Shown one piece after another: positions 1-9,561 of a DNA stretch of 64,000 nucleotides (position 1 is the stretch's first letter; each line of letters starts with the position of its first letter). Origin of the DNA: Ignavibacteriota bacterium (GTDB lineage Bacteria; Bacteroidota; Ignavibacteria; UBA10030; UBA6906); NCBI GenBank assembly GCA_963801355.1, contig CAWDEM010000008.1:2061450-2125449 (forward strand), in the 5' to 3' direction. The translations under genes were made by a program, and so were the position numbers. The notes under the pieces were generated by a model. It was given only the letters and a program-made list of their open reading frames with translations. It had not been told where the DNA came from and did no database searches.

Positions 1-551
1 AACTGCGGCAATGCCGTGCCGGAATCATTCGCGAACACCAGCGCGATTCGCTGCGCGGAGCCCGTCGCGCCTCGCAGGATGATGGGCTCGAGTTTGCGGT
101 ATTCGAGCGACCGGTAACGGACCAGCTGTTGCAGCGGCTCGCTCCGGGACCGGAACTGCGCCGCCACCGCGTCCTCCTGCCCCCGGGTCACCGCGGCCCC
201 GGTGCGTACCGTCAACCTGAGATTCTTTCCCGCACTGTCTGCAGTCATCACCGATTCGACGACCGGCGTTCTGCGCAGGAACGCCTGTACGCGTTCGTCC
301 ATGGAGGATCCCGGTTCCAGCATCTGCGTCTGGAGCATGGCCGCCCAATGGGCACTGACATCCCACGCATATTGGTTCAAGGAGTACAACACGACGTCAA
401 GTTCCCGGCGATACAGATCACGCATGACCTGTTCACTCGATGAGTATGTGCCGATCTGGTACGCCGAAAGGAAGAGCACGGGAAGGAGTACCAGCAGCAC
501 AATCAAAAGCATCAGGCGCCGTGTTGCGCCCGGGGCACGGGGTGTGGCCAT
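1..551 (-). CDS. Membrane-anchored sensor/signal-transduction protein, N-terminal fragment. The gene runs off the left edge of the window, so its stop codon lies outside.
   Basis: Manual reverse-strand translation from the ATG at 551 (alternative ATG at 512) gives MATPRAPGATRRLMLLIVLLVLLPVLFLSAYQIGTYSSSEQVMRDLYRRELDVVLYSLNQYAWDVSAHW..., which stays open to position 1. It has a signal-anchor TM helix followed by a periplasmic sensor-like domain. It is absent from the ORF track because no stop codon falls inside the window. Confidence 0.45.
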   Translation of the reverse strand, partial: MATPRAPGATRRLMLLIVLLVLLPVLFLSAYQIGTYSSSEQVMRDLYRRELDVVLYSLNQYAWDVSAHWAAMLQTQMLEPGSSMDERVQAFLRRTPVVESVMTADSAGKNLRLTVRTGAAVTRGQEDAVAAQFRSRSEPLQQLVRYRSLEYRKLEPIILRGATGSAQRIALVFANDSGTALPQ

Positions 552-617
552 CGGAACGGGAACCGGGTTATGGAGATGGTAATGTACGTGGCAACAGTCT
601 GAGATACAACCGGGAAC

Positions 618-3545
618 ATGTCAGCCTCCCCTTCGGTCAGCCTCCCCTTCCGCCCCCGGACGAAAGAGTCCTTTCCTTTGGAATTTTTCCGTATATTTTC
701 CGATATCCTCCCAAGGAAACCCGTCATGCTCCCCGCTTCATACCGGAAATTCCTACGCCGCATTGCTGGAACCATCCCTCACAGCCGGATAATCACCGAC
801 CCTCTCCGCACACTTGTCTACGGCACGGATGCGAGTTTCTACAGGCTGATTCCCCGGGTCGTCCTCAAAGTGCAGACCGAGGAGGAGGTCATCGCCGTTC
901 TCGGACACGCGCGCACACTCTTGCTGCCCGTGACGTTCCGGTGCGCCGGGACCAGCCTTTCCGGACAAGCGGTGTCCGATTCGATCCTCGTCCTCCTGGG
1001 CAAGGGATGGACGCGCTGGTCCATCAGCCCGGACGCTTCGCACATCCGGTTGCAGCCGGGTGTTGTCGGTGCCCACGCAAACATGTTTCTCGCACCTCAC
1101 GGCCGGAAGATCGGACCCGACCCCGCCTCCATCAATGCCGCCATGATCGGCGGAATTGCGGCGAACAATGCCAGCGGCATGTGCTGTGGAACGGCGCAGA
1201 ACAGTTACCGGACGCTTGCTGCCATGCGGATCATTTTCGCGGACGGGTCACTGCTCGACACCGGGGATCCGGAGAGCCGCCGCCAATTTGAAGAATCGCA
1301 TTCAGCGTTGCTCGCAGCGGTCTCCGGCCTTGCTACGGCAGTGCGTGCCAACCCACGCCTCGGCGACCGCATACGCACCAAGTTCAAGATGAAGAACACC
1401 ACGGGATACAGCCTGAACGCGCTCGTGGATTTTGAAGATCCGATCGACATCATTCAACACCTCATGATCGGATCAGAGGGAACGCTGGGCTTCATTGCCG
1501 AGATCACGTATGCCACCGTCCCCGAATACCCGCACAAAGCCAGCGCACTGATGCTCTTTCCGGATATCGTCGCCGCCTGTTCTGCAGTTGCGGTGCTGAA
1601 GAGCGCGCCGGTAGAGGCCGTGGAGCTGATGGACCGTGCATCTCTTCGCTCCGTCGAGGACAAAGCAGGCATGCCCCGGTACCTCAAGGAGCTTGGCGCC
1701 GATGTCGCCGCCCTGCTTGTCGAAACGCGGGCTCCCTCCGCTGCACAGCTGGCCGGCAACATCTCCGCCATTACCGCCGCGCTCGGAGGCAGAACAACCG
1801 TCAGACCTCTCTCGTTCACCGACGCGGTGGAGGAATATTCCGTCCTCTGGAACATCCGCAAAGGACTGTTTCCTTCGGTGGGAGCCATGCGGGAGTCGGG
1901 CACGACGGTGATCATTGAAGATGTGGCCTTCCCCGTGCCCCGGCTCGCGGAGGCAGCGCTTGACCTGCAGAGGATCTTCCGGAAGCACCGGTACGATGAA
2001 ACGATCATTTTCGGACATGCCCTCGAAGGCAACCTGCACTTTGTGTTCACGCAGGAATTCTCCACGGAGGCCGAGGTGAACCGGTATCGCGCCTTCATGG
2101 ACGACGTGACTTCGCTCGTGGTCAACAAATACGACGGCTCGCTCAAGGCGGAGCATGGCACAGGGCGCAACATGGCACCGTTTGTGGAGTTTGAATGGGG
2201 TCACGAAGCCTTTCTCCTGATGCAGGAAATCAAGAAGATCTTTGACCCCTTGCAGCTGCTGAATCCGGGCATTATTCTGAACGGCGACCGGCAGGCGCAC
2301 ATCAGGAACCTCAAACCGATGCCGGTGGCCCATCCGCTCATCGACAAATGCATCGAATGCGGTTTCTGTGAGGTGCAATGCCCGTCGCATGACCTCACCC
2401 TCACGCCAAGGCAGCGGATTGTCGCAGTCCGCGAGATGGCGCGCCTGCGCGAGACCGAAGACGATCCCGCCCGGCTTGCCTTCTTCCGCAAGAAGTTCCG
2501 CTATGAAGGTGACGAGACATGCGCCACGGACGGCCTCTGCGCACTCAGCTGTCCCGTGAGTATTGACACCGGAAAACTGGTGAAGGAACTGCGCCACCTG
2601 GGGACGAGTCCGACGGCGAACAGCGTTGCGGCGTTGCTTTCGGAGAACATGGATGGCGTCACAGCATGGATGCGGGGCGGTCTTGAGGCGGTGCACGTTG
2701 CGCATAAGGTGCTGGGGACTTCACTTATGCGCGGGCTCTCAAAGGGTTTGCGTGCACTTTCCGGCGGTGCGATCCCCCTCTGGAACGAATTCATGCCCCG
2801 TGGCGCCGATGCCGTGCCGCACAGCGGACGCAGCCAGGAAACCCGGCCAACGGTAGTCTACTTTCCGACCTGCATCAACCGCGCCATGGGTGTCGCAGAC
2901 GGCGATGCCGATCAGCGCTCTCTTGTCACAGTGATCCACCTCCTTCTCGAACGCGCGGGCTTTACAGTAGTCTATCCAGAGAATTTGTCGAACCTCTGCT
3001 GCGGGATGGCATTCGCAAGTAAAGGATACAAAGAACAGGGCGATCGGAAAGCACTGGAACTGGAAGAGGCATTGCTGAAAGCCTCGGAGAACGGCAGGTT
3101 CCCCGTGCTCGTCGACATGAGTCCGTGCCTCTTCCGGATGAAGGAGACCTTTGCTCCGGGCCTTTTCCTCTACGAACCCGTGAAATTTGTGCTTGAGCAC
3201 ATTGTGCCGCGCCTTACACTCAAGCGAGTGCCCGAAACAGTGGCCATCCACACAACATGCAGCGCGGAGAAAATGGGGCTCGCGGGCGATTTCAAGACGC
3301 TGGCCGGGATGTGTGCGGAGAAGGTTGTGGTACCGCACGGCGTAGGGTGCTGCGGCTGGGCGGGAGACCGGGGATTCACTTACCCGGAATTGAATGCCTC
3401 AGCACTCGCTTCCCTTCGAGGGTCTCTCCCGGCAGAGTGCACAGCGGGATATTCGACCAGCCGCACGTGTGAGATCGGTTTGTCGCTCCACAGCGGTAAG
3501 CACTATCAATCGATCCTCTACATCGTTGAGAGGGCTACGCGGTGA
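618..3545 (+). CDS. FAD-linked oxidase with a 4Fe-4S ferredoxin domain and a C-terminal cysteine-rich (CCG-like) domain. YdiJ / D-2-hydroxyacid dehydrogenase-like, 975 aa.
   Basis: FAD-binding PCMH region (LIPRVVLKVQTEEEVIAVL...RCAGTSLSGQA), ferredoxin motif CIECGFCEVQCPSH, and C-terminal Cys clusters (CCGMAF, GCCGWAGDRG). The true start may be the internal Met near 726. Confidence 0.85.
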   Translation: MSASPSVSLPFRPRTKESFPLEFFRIFSDILPRKPVMLPASYRKFLRRIAGTIPHSRIITDPLRTLVYGTDASFYRLIPRVVLKVQTEEEVIAVLGHARTLLLPVTFRCAGTSLSGQAVSDSILVLLGKGWTRWSISPDASHIRLQPGVVGAHANMFLAPHGRKIGPDPASINAAMIGGIAANNASGMCCGTAQNSYRTLAAMRIIFADGSLLDTGDPESRRQFEESHSALLAAVSGLATAVRANPRLGDRIRTKFKMKNTTGYSLNALVDFEDPIDIIQHLMIGSEGTLGFIAEITYATVPEYPHKASALMLFPDIVAACSAVAVLKSAPVEAVELMDRASLRSVEDKAGMPRYLKELGADVAALLVETRAPSAAQLAGNISAITAALGGRTTVRPLSFTDAVEEYSVLWNIRKGLFPSVGAMRESGTTVIIEDVAFPVPRLAEAALDLQRIFRKHRYDETIIFGHALEGNLHFVFTQEFSTEAEVNRYRAFMDDVTSLVVNKYDGSLKAEHGTGRNMAPFVEFEWGHEAFLLMQEIKKIFDPLQLLNPGIILNGDRQAHIRNLKPMPVAHPLIDKCIECGFCEVQCPSHDLTLTPRQRIVAVREMARLRETEDDPARLAFFRKKFRYEGDETCATDGLCALSCPVSIDTGKLVKELRHLGTSPTANSVAALLSENMDGVTAWMRGGLEAVHVAHKVLGTSLMRGLSKGLRALSGGAIPLWNEFMPRGADAVPHSGRSQETRPTVVYFPTCINRAMGVADGDADQRSLVTVIHLLLERAGFTVVYPENLSNLCCGMAFASKGYKEQGDRKALELEEALLKASENGRFPVLVDMSPCLFRMKETFAPGLFLYEPVKFVLEHIVPRLTLKRVPETVAIHTTCSAEKMGLAGDFKTLAGMCAEKVVVPHGVGCCGWAGDRGFTYPELNASALASLRGSLPAECTAGYSTSRTCEIGLSLHSGKHYQSILYIVERATR

Positions 3546-3570
3546 AAAGCTACGCGCTGACATCTTCAGC

Positions 3571-3599
3571 TTGACAAACTCATCCATATTGACTACTAT
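3571..3599 (+). promoter_or_regulatory. Candidate sigma70-like promoter: TTGACA-N17-TACTAT.
   Basis: TTGACA at 3571-3576, a 17-nt spacer, and TACTAT at 3594-3599. This sits about 140 nt upstream of the likely start at 3740. Confidence 0.3.
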
Positions 3600-3739
3600 T
3601 GCTCCATCCGCAGTGGTGCGCACACTGCCTCACCCGCCCGTTCATCGCGCACCTCGTTCCTCCTGATTTGCCGCGTTCCCGCATTTCGGACCCCCGCGCC
3701 CTGACATACCATTCACTATTCATCAAAGGGAGCGGAGAC

Positions 3740-5221
3740 ATGAAAAAGCAACTCTACACGGCAATCATACTCGCCGCTGTCGCACTCACACCCGGCAACG
3801 TGCGGGCACAACCATGGCACTATAATTTCGGATCGTCGACGGGCATTTTTGCGACTCCTTCCGGCAGCGATTCAACCGTATTTCTGCCCCCCGCCGAACC
3901 GGATGGCGGAAAACCACGGGTGAGAATCGGCACAACAGGCGGCAGCTTCAATCTGGAAGATCAGCTCATAGCGTTCGGATCCAACTCGTATTTTCGTGGA
4001 GTGGCGCCGACCAGCACATCCGTCAACAAGTTCTCGATCTACAACTACGCCGCCGGCCAGGCGTTTACTCTGCGATTCCGGCTACGCCTGGGGGCATCCG
4101 ACGGTTCCGCATCAGCCTCATCGGGGACCTGGTCCTTGTTCATCGGCGATGGTCCGAACTACAGCGATAACAGCAGCTTCTCCGGCAGTCAGGTGTTCAC
4201 CGGTCTACGATGGCAATTCGGCACCGAGGGAGCAATCACCATGCAGTATCGCAACGCGGGGGCATGGTCCACTGCCGGACTAACTGGAGCTTCTATCGTC
4301 CAGGGTCAGAACTTCGTGGTCGAGGTCTACGGCAACAACGGGATGGCGGCGCTACCTTATAGTCTCGAAGGTGGACAGGCTGTTGCCCCGCAGTCGTTCG
4401 ATCTCTGGATCGACGGCGTGCTCGTCGGGGACGATCTTCCAAAGGGGTTGCTCGCTGACGCCTCGACAATCGACTCCTGGATGTTCTACGGTGAATCAAG
4501 CACGGGAAATGTCGCAAATATTTTTCTCGATGATATCGTGTACACAAACGGAATTGCCGAGACGCGCTTGCCTGTCAGTCTTGCGTCGTTATTCGCCTGT
4601 GCCGTTGACGCCAACACGGTCACGCTTTCATGGCGCACGCTTTCGGAGGTGGCGAATTACGGTTTCGAAGTGGAAAAATCAACCGACGGGATATTTTTCG
4701 CGGTCATTCCCGGGAGCTTCATTCCCGGGCACGGCACGACCAACACCCCATTCGACTACGCCTTCACCGATCACCAGGCGGAGCCGGGAGTTCGGTTCTA
4801 CCGACTGCGCCAGCTGGACCTCGACGGCACAGTCCACATAAGCGATCCCGTGAGAGTAGAGGTTCTGACAGGCACTCCTGAAGCCGCGTCCGGAGGCTTC
4901 ATGCTCGGCCAGAATTACCCTAATCCTTTCAATCCGAGCACGACGATAGGTTACAGCCTGCCGGCTGCAGGCAATGGGCACGAGGCTACGGGCAATAGGC
5001 ACGAGGCGACAGGCACGTGGCGGGTACGGGTCGGCGTGTACGACATCCTGGGCCGGGAGGTGGCAGTACTGGTCAATGGAACAATATCGCCGGGCACACA
5101 CGCGGTGAGCTTCAATGCGTCAGGTCTCGCGGGGGGTGTCTATTTCTATCGTCTGACGACAATGAGCGTGAATGGAGGCGCTGCACATTCCGATGTGAAA
5201 CGGATGGTGTTGTCGAAGTAA
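3740..5221 (+). CDS. Secreted T9SS cargo protein of unknown function: LamG/concanavalin-like beta-sandwich, Fn3-like domain, and C-terminal Por sorting domain.
   Basis: Signal peptide MKKQLYTAIILAAVALTPGNVRA, preceded by a GGAG ribosome-binding site. C-terminus NYPNPFNPSTTIGYSLP...VYDILGREVAVLVNG...GGVYFYRL. The ORF as listed starts at 3599, but the signal peptide begins at 3740. Confidence 0.75.
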   Translation: MKKQLYTAIILAAVALTPGNVRAQPWHYNFGSSTGIFATPSGSDSTVFLPPAEPDGGKPRVRIGTTGGSFNLEDQLIAFGSNSYFRGVAPTSTSVNKFSIYNYAAGQAFTLRFRLRLGASDGSASASSGTWSLFIGDGPNYSDNSSFSGSQVFTGLRWQFGTEGAITMQYRNAGAWSTAGLTGASIVQGQNFVVEVYGNNGMAALPYSLEGGQAVAPQSFDLWIDGVLVGDDLPKGLLADASTIDSWMFYGESSTGNVANIFLDDIVYTNGIAETRLPVSLASLFACAVDANTVTLSWRTLSEVANYGFEVEKSTDGIFFAVIPGSFIPGHGTTNTPFDYAFTDHQAEPGVRFYRLRQLDLDGTVHISDPVRVEVLTGTPEAASGGFMLGQNYPNPFNPSTTIGYSLPAAGNGHEATGNRHEATGTWRVRVGVYDILGREVAVLVNGTISPGTHAVSFNASGLAGGVYFYRLTTMSVNGGAAHSDVKRMVLSK

Positions 5222-5303
5222 GGCTTCGAACGGCAACCGCCCCATGAGGTTTCCGCATCTCACGGGGCGGTCGAATGAAGAGCGTACAGACGCCGCCGGC
5301 AAT

Positions 5304-6137
5304 CTATGCCAGGAATTCCAGTACCACACGTCGGAACTCATCCGGAGCATCCGCATGAACCCAGTGTCCGGCCGTAGGAATCCCGAAAAACTCCGCGTTG
5401 GGGAAAAGCTCCAGAATTGCTGGATGGTCAGCCTCAGTGAGAAAGTCCGATCGCCCCCCCGAAACAAAGAGTGCCGGACCTGGGAACCGGCCACCGGATG
5501 TCAGGGGACCGATCAACGCACCATAGTTGCGGGTAATGGAATCGAGATCCATTTTCCACGTGTAGCTCCCATCTTCCTGCCGTTTCAGATTGGTCGCCAG
5601 GAATTGGCGTACCGTTGGATCTACGATCGCCGGCGCGATGGTGGTATCCACATCTTCGCGCGACCGGACAGTGGTGAGGTCAACGCTCCACAGAGCATCA
5701 AGAATAGCGTCATGGCGGGGAGGATCACCCTGCGGGCGGATGTCCACCACGATGAGCTTCCGCACTTCATGAGGATAGCTCAACGCGAATTGCATCGCTG
5801 TTTTCCCGCCCATCGAGTGACCGAGGAGATGGACGGGCGCGAGATGATGCCTGCCGATGAATTCCCGGAGATCATCGGCCATGACCGTATAGTTCATTGA
5901 TGCGGCGTGCGGTGACGCGCCATGGTTCCGCTGGTCAACCGTGAACACCTGGAAGTGCTTCCCGAGGAATGCCGCATGGGAATGCCAATTGTTGAGGGAG
6001 CCGAAGAGTCCATGAAGGATCACCAGAGGGGAACCGGCACCATAGGTGCGATAGTGCAGCTCGAGCGGTTCCAACGTCACTCTCCCCGCGCGCACTTCTC
6101 CACCGCCCGCCACACCCTGAAGACATTTCCCGAACAC
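5304..6137 (-). CDS. Alpha/beta-fold hydrolase (esterase/lipase-like).
   Basis: HGLFGS...QRNHGAS...GHSMGG nucleophile elbow (GxSxG) with the C-terminal His region. This is the last gene of a coupled four-gene minus-strand operon. Confidence 0.85.
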   Translation of the reverse strand: MFGKCLQGVAGGGEVRAGRVTLEPLELHYRTYGAGSPLVILHGLFGSLNNWHSHAAFLGKHFQVFTVDQRNHGASPHAASMNYTVMADDLREFIGRHHLAPVHLLGHSMGGKTAMQFALSYPHEVRKLIVVDIRPQGDPPRHDAILDALWSVDLTTVRSREDVDTTIAPAIVDPTVRQFLATNLKRQEDGSYTWKMDLDSITRNYGALIGPLTSGGRFPGPALFVSGGRSDFLTEADHPAILELFPNAEFFGIPTAGHWVHADAPDEFRRVVLEFLA

Positions 6138-7228
6138 ACCTTTTCGATCTGTTCCCGGGTGTACCCCATCTTCAGGAGCTCCGCGATGAGGTTTGGATAG
6201 CCGGAGACGTCCTTCAGGCCGGTCGGCAGGTCGTCTCCCAGGCCGTCAAAATCCGAACCGATGCCCACGTGATCGATGCCGACAAGACGGGCCACATAGT
6301 CGATGTGCTCCGCCACATTTTTCACATCCGCATAGCGCCGCGGCGTTCCCTTGGATGTGCTGTCATTAACTGTTCGCAAGCTGTCGACGAGGAACATTGA
6401 ACCGAAATTGATGTCGATGACCCCACCGTTGGCAGCGAGAGCACGGAGGAGGTCGTCGCTCATATTCCGTTCGAAGCCCGGTGTGAAATAGCGGCACGCT
6501 GAATGGGTGGCAAGTACCGGCGCGCGGGAGAGCCGGAGCACATCAAATGCCGCGCTGTCCGAAAGATGGGAAATATCGATCATCATCCCGACGCGGTTCA
6601 TTTCGGCGACGAGACGTTTGCCGAACGGGCTGAGTCCGTTCCAGGGGCGCGTTGTGTCCCACGAAGCGTCGCCGATGTGATTTGCGTGGACATGGGTCAG
6701 CGTGATATACCGGACGCCCCGATCATGGAACAGCTGCACATTGCTCAGGTCCCCCTCAAGCGGCGCACCGTTCTCGATACCCAGGGCGATCGCCACCTGT
6801 CCGCGTTTCCGGGCCGGGGCGATTTCACCGGCAGTGCGCACCAGGGCAAAGCGATCCGGTCGCCGGGCTACGAGCTGCTCGATACCCGCGATGGATTTCT
6901 CCGCGAATTCCTTCGCGCCTCCGTTGGTTTCGTAGGAATGCGGGACGTACACTGCAAAGAAGGCACAGTCCAATCCGCCTTCCATGGCGCGGGGATAATC
7001 GAAACAAGTGGTGTCCGTCCGTTCCGCCACATCCACCGACCGCCCGAGCAGGCGGTACGGAACATCAAGATGCGTATCCACAATGACGAGCTCGTGCGCC
7101 AGGCGTTCAGCCTCATCATGCACTGCACGATCGTTCGTCATCCTGACCTCTCCGCAACCACTGCAGGAGAGTGCTCCAATCACGACGCACCAGCCCGCGA
7201 TGGGCATCCATTTCGGCATACGCATCAT
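6077..7228 (-). CDS. Membrane dipeptidase, peptidase family M19 (renal dipeptidase-like), with signal/lipoprotein-like N-terminus.
   Basis: HLDVPYRL, DHVGIGSDFDG and related M19 metal-ligand motifs. N-terminus MPKWMPIAGWCVVIGALSCSGC. Confidence 0.85.
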   Translation of the reverse strand: MMRMPKWMPIAGWCVVIGALSCSGCGEVRMTNDRAVHDEAERLAHELVIVDTHLDVPYRLLGRSVDVAERTDTTCFDYPRAMEGGLDCAFFAVYVPHSYETNGGAKEFAEKSIAGIEQLVARRPDRFALVRTAGEIAPARKRGQVAIALGIENGAPLEGDLSNVQLFHDRGVRYITLTHVHANHIGDASWDTTRPWNGLSPFGKRLVAEMNRVGMMIDISHLSDSAAFDVLRLSRAPVLATHSACRYFTPGFERNMSDDLLRALAANGGVIDINFGSMFLVDSLRTVNDSTSKGTPRRYADVKNVAEHIDYVARLVGIDHVGIGSDFDGLGDDLPTGLKDVSGYPNLIAELLKMGYTREQIEKVCSGNVFRVWRAVEKCARGE

Positions 7229-8250
7229 GCACTCCCTCCTTGCATCCCCCCTGTCATTGCAGCATCCAGGACCAGTTGATTCGCCAGTCCGTTTTCACCC
7301 GGACTCTCGAGTTCGCTGCCTTCCAGTACCGCCCTGGTAAAATGCCGCACTTCTTCGGTCACGAGATTAGGGATTGAAAACGTCTTGGCGATGGTCTCCG
7401 GATGCGCATCGGTCCCGAGCGTCATCGTCATGACAGTGTCATGACCGCCGGAGCTGAAATCCCCCACCCTGATCAACCCTTGTGTTCCGATGATTTCCAG
7501 CTGTTTATCGCGCATGGAGGAGGAATAGGAACAGAACACCGTCCCGATCGTGCCGCGTGAGAATTTGAGCCCGATCAATGCGCTCTCTTCGGTCTCCTCC
7601 GGTGTCGGGGAGGGCGAGAGGACACTGCGGACGGACACGACGTCGTCTTCAAGAAGGAACCGGAGAGTATCTAGACAATGGACCCCGATATCGAACACCG
7701 GTCCCCCACCCGCAATCGCCCGCTTATGCAGCCATCCGCGACGGCTCTTGCGCCCGTCATACACAAAATCAGCACGGGCATACGCGATAGAACCGAGGAC
7801 GCCCGAACGAATGAGGTTGCGGATGTGCCGGATCAGGGGAGAGAAGCGTACCAGATGGCCCACCATGAGACGCACACCAGCGATCCGGCATGCCTCGATC
7901 ATCTGTCCCGCCTCTCGCACGTTGAGCGCCATCGGTTTTTCCACCAGGACGTGTTTGCCTGCCTTCGCGGCGGTGAGGGTTTCCGGGCAGTGAGCAGCAT
8001 TTGCAGAGACGATGAATACGGCGTCCACATCAGGGTGGGCCACAAGCTCTTCCGCCGAGGAAAACGACAGCCGGACGCCGTGCGTCCGTGCTTTTGCCGC
8101 AGCCTCGGCGGGGGATCGTTTCTGCAGGGCAACCACCTCGACATTGTCCGCAGCGCGCATCGCGGGAAGCACGGCACGCTCCGCAAATTCGCCGAAGCCT
8201 ATGATGCCAAAGCGCAGTCTGCGCGAAGAAGTCATTGCGACCTCCGCCAT
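7225..8250 (-). CDS. Gfo/Idh/MocA family NAD(P)-dependent oxidoreductase.
   Basis: N-terminal Rossmann motif RFGIIGFGEFAERAVLPAM. There are 4-bp and 19-bp overlaps with the neighbouring genes. Confidence 0.85.
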   Translation of the reverse strand: MAEVAMTSSRRLRFGIIGFGEFAERAVLPAMRAADNVEVVALQKRSPAEAAAKARTHGVRLSFSSAEELVAHPDVDAVFIVSANAAHCPETLTAAKAGKHVLVEKPMALNVREAGQMIEACRIAGVRLMVGHLVRFSPLIRHIRNLIRSGVLGSIAYARADFVYDGRKSRRGWLHKRAIAGGGPVFDIGVHCLDTLRFLLEDDVVSVRSVLSPSPTPEETEESALIGLKFSRGTIGTVFCSYSSSMRDKQLEIIGTQGLIRVGDFSSGGHDTVMTMTLGTDAHPETIAKTFSIPNLVTEEVRHFTRAVLEGSELESPGENGLANQLVLDAAMTGGMQGGSA

Positions 8251-9536
8251 CCATACATGATCAACGCAACGGTTGCCACGGCTCCTATGCCGGCGAAGTA
8301 GTACCAGATGTAATGCGCATGATCGTAGGCATGGACCATCTGTTCCGGCGTCAATGTCCGGGGATCAGGACAGTATGCGTTGAGAAGGTAGCCGGAGACG
8401 GCAAAGCCGATGATGGCGGCGAAGAACGTATGAAGATGCGCAAAACCCAGGTACAACCCCTCCTGTCCGCGCGGCGCCTGCTTCGAAAAGAACTCCAGGT
8501 ACCGTGGCGATATGAAACACTCCGCAAGCCCCTGCACCGTGATACCGATGACGAGCATCACCGTGATGGGATGCGCCTTGATGAAGCCCGCAATCACCAT
8601 CTCTTCCCCGCTCCACCCCTCAATCACTCCCCCCATCGACATGCAGAGGGCTGAGAGCGGCATGAGCGCCATACCGACAATCATCGACGTCAGGGCGCTG
8701 GTCTTCTTCATCAGATGTGTCACCAGCATAACTGTTGTGACAACGACGAATGGATTGACGTTGGCAATCCATTCCGGGGCAGCTGTCGGCCCGACAGTGC
8801 GGAGCACGTACTTCGGCATCGTGGCGTACATCTGCTGCTGGATCACCCAGAACCCCGTGACAATCAGGATAAGCACAAGCAGGCGACCATTGGTGACCAC
8901 GTCACGGAACCCGATCCACACCTCGCGGAGCGTCTTCGTACGGTCGGTAGCGTCGACCTGTTTGTAGAAGATCGCAACGGCGATGAGCGCCACAAACGTT
9001 AATCCTGCCGCATACAGGTTGATCGTTTCCAGGCCCATGTAGATCCGGAGGGGATAGGCAATGGCTTTGCCGGAAAATGCCCCGATATTCACCATCCCGT
9101 AGAAAATGGAATACGCACGGGCACGGGAGTGCTCATCGGTTGTTTTGGCGACCGTTCCCGTGATGATTGATTTGATGAACGACCCGCCGATCATTGTGAC
9201 AACGAGGGCGGGTATGACCGTCTCCTTGTAGGGGAACAATCCAAGCGTGGAGTAACCTATCGTCAGCAGGGAAAACGCCACCAGCATTGCACGGCGGAAA
9301 CCCATGGTATCCGCGAGGGCACCGCTGAAAGGGGGGAGCAGATAGAGGCCTCCCGCAAAAAGTCCGCCGATCCAGGCCGCATTGATGTCGCTGAAACCCA
9401 CGACATTGGTGAGATAGAGCGTCAACGCAACGAACATCCCGTAGTATGCCGCCCGCTCCAGCAACTCGACGATGTTGGCGGTCCAGAACGCGCGCGGGAA
9501 ATGCCATGAGTGCGCAGAAGCCAAGGAGGTCCTCAT
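8232..9536 (-). CDS. POT/PTR2 family proton-dependent oligopeptide transporter (MFS).
   Basis: ELLERAAYYGMFVALTLYL...FSGALADTMGFRR, typical of DtpT-like peptide transporters. It has about 12 predicted TM helices. Confidence 0.8.
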   Translation of the reverse strand: MRTSLASAHSWHFPRAFWTANIVELLERAAYYGMFVALTLYLTNVVGFSDINAAWIGGLFAGGLYLLPPFSGALADTMGFRRAMLVAFSLLTIGYSTLGLFPYKETVIPALVVTMIGGSFIKSIITGTVAKTTDEHSRARAYSIFYGMVNIGAFSGKAIAYPLRIYMGLETINLYAAGLTFVALIAVAIFYKQVDATDRTKTLREVWIGFRDVVTNGRLLVLILIVTGFWVIQQQMYATMPKYVLRTVGPTAAPEWIANVNPFVVVTTVMLVTHLMKKTSALTSMIVGMALMPLSALCMSMGGVIEGWSGEEMVIAGFIKAHPITVMLVIGITVQGLAECFISPRYLEFFSKQAPRGQEGLYLGFAHLHTFFAAIIGFAVSGYLLNAYCPDPRTLTPEQMVHAYDHAHYIWYYFAGIGAVATVALIMYGWRRSQ

Positions 9537-9561
9537 GAATCACACGATGATGATATGCAAA

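Noticed and set aside
129-582. Overlapping plus-strand ORFs 129-443 and 202-582 at the left edge.
   Set aside because: Their translations are Arg/Pro/Gly-rich low-complexity sequence typical of antisense ORFs in a high-GC genome. The minus strand here encodes a coherent signal-anchor plus sensor domain protein.
1473-2705. 410-aa minus-strand ORF inside the FAD/Fe-S oxidoreductase gene.
   Set aside because: It is entirely antisense to a 975-aa CDS with unmistakable FAD, ferredoxin and CCG motifs. Its composition is biased to Arg, Ala and His, and it has no recognisable domains.
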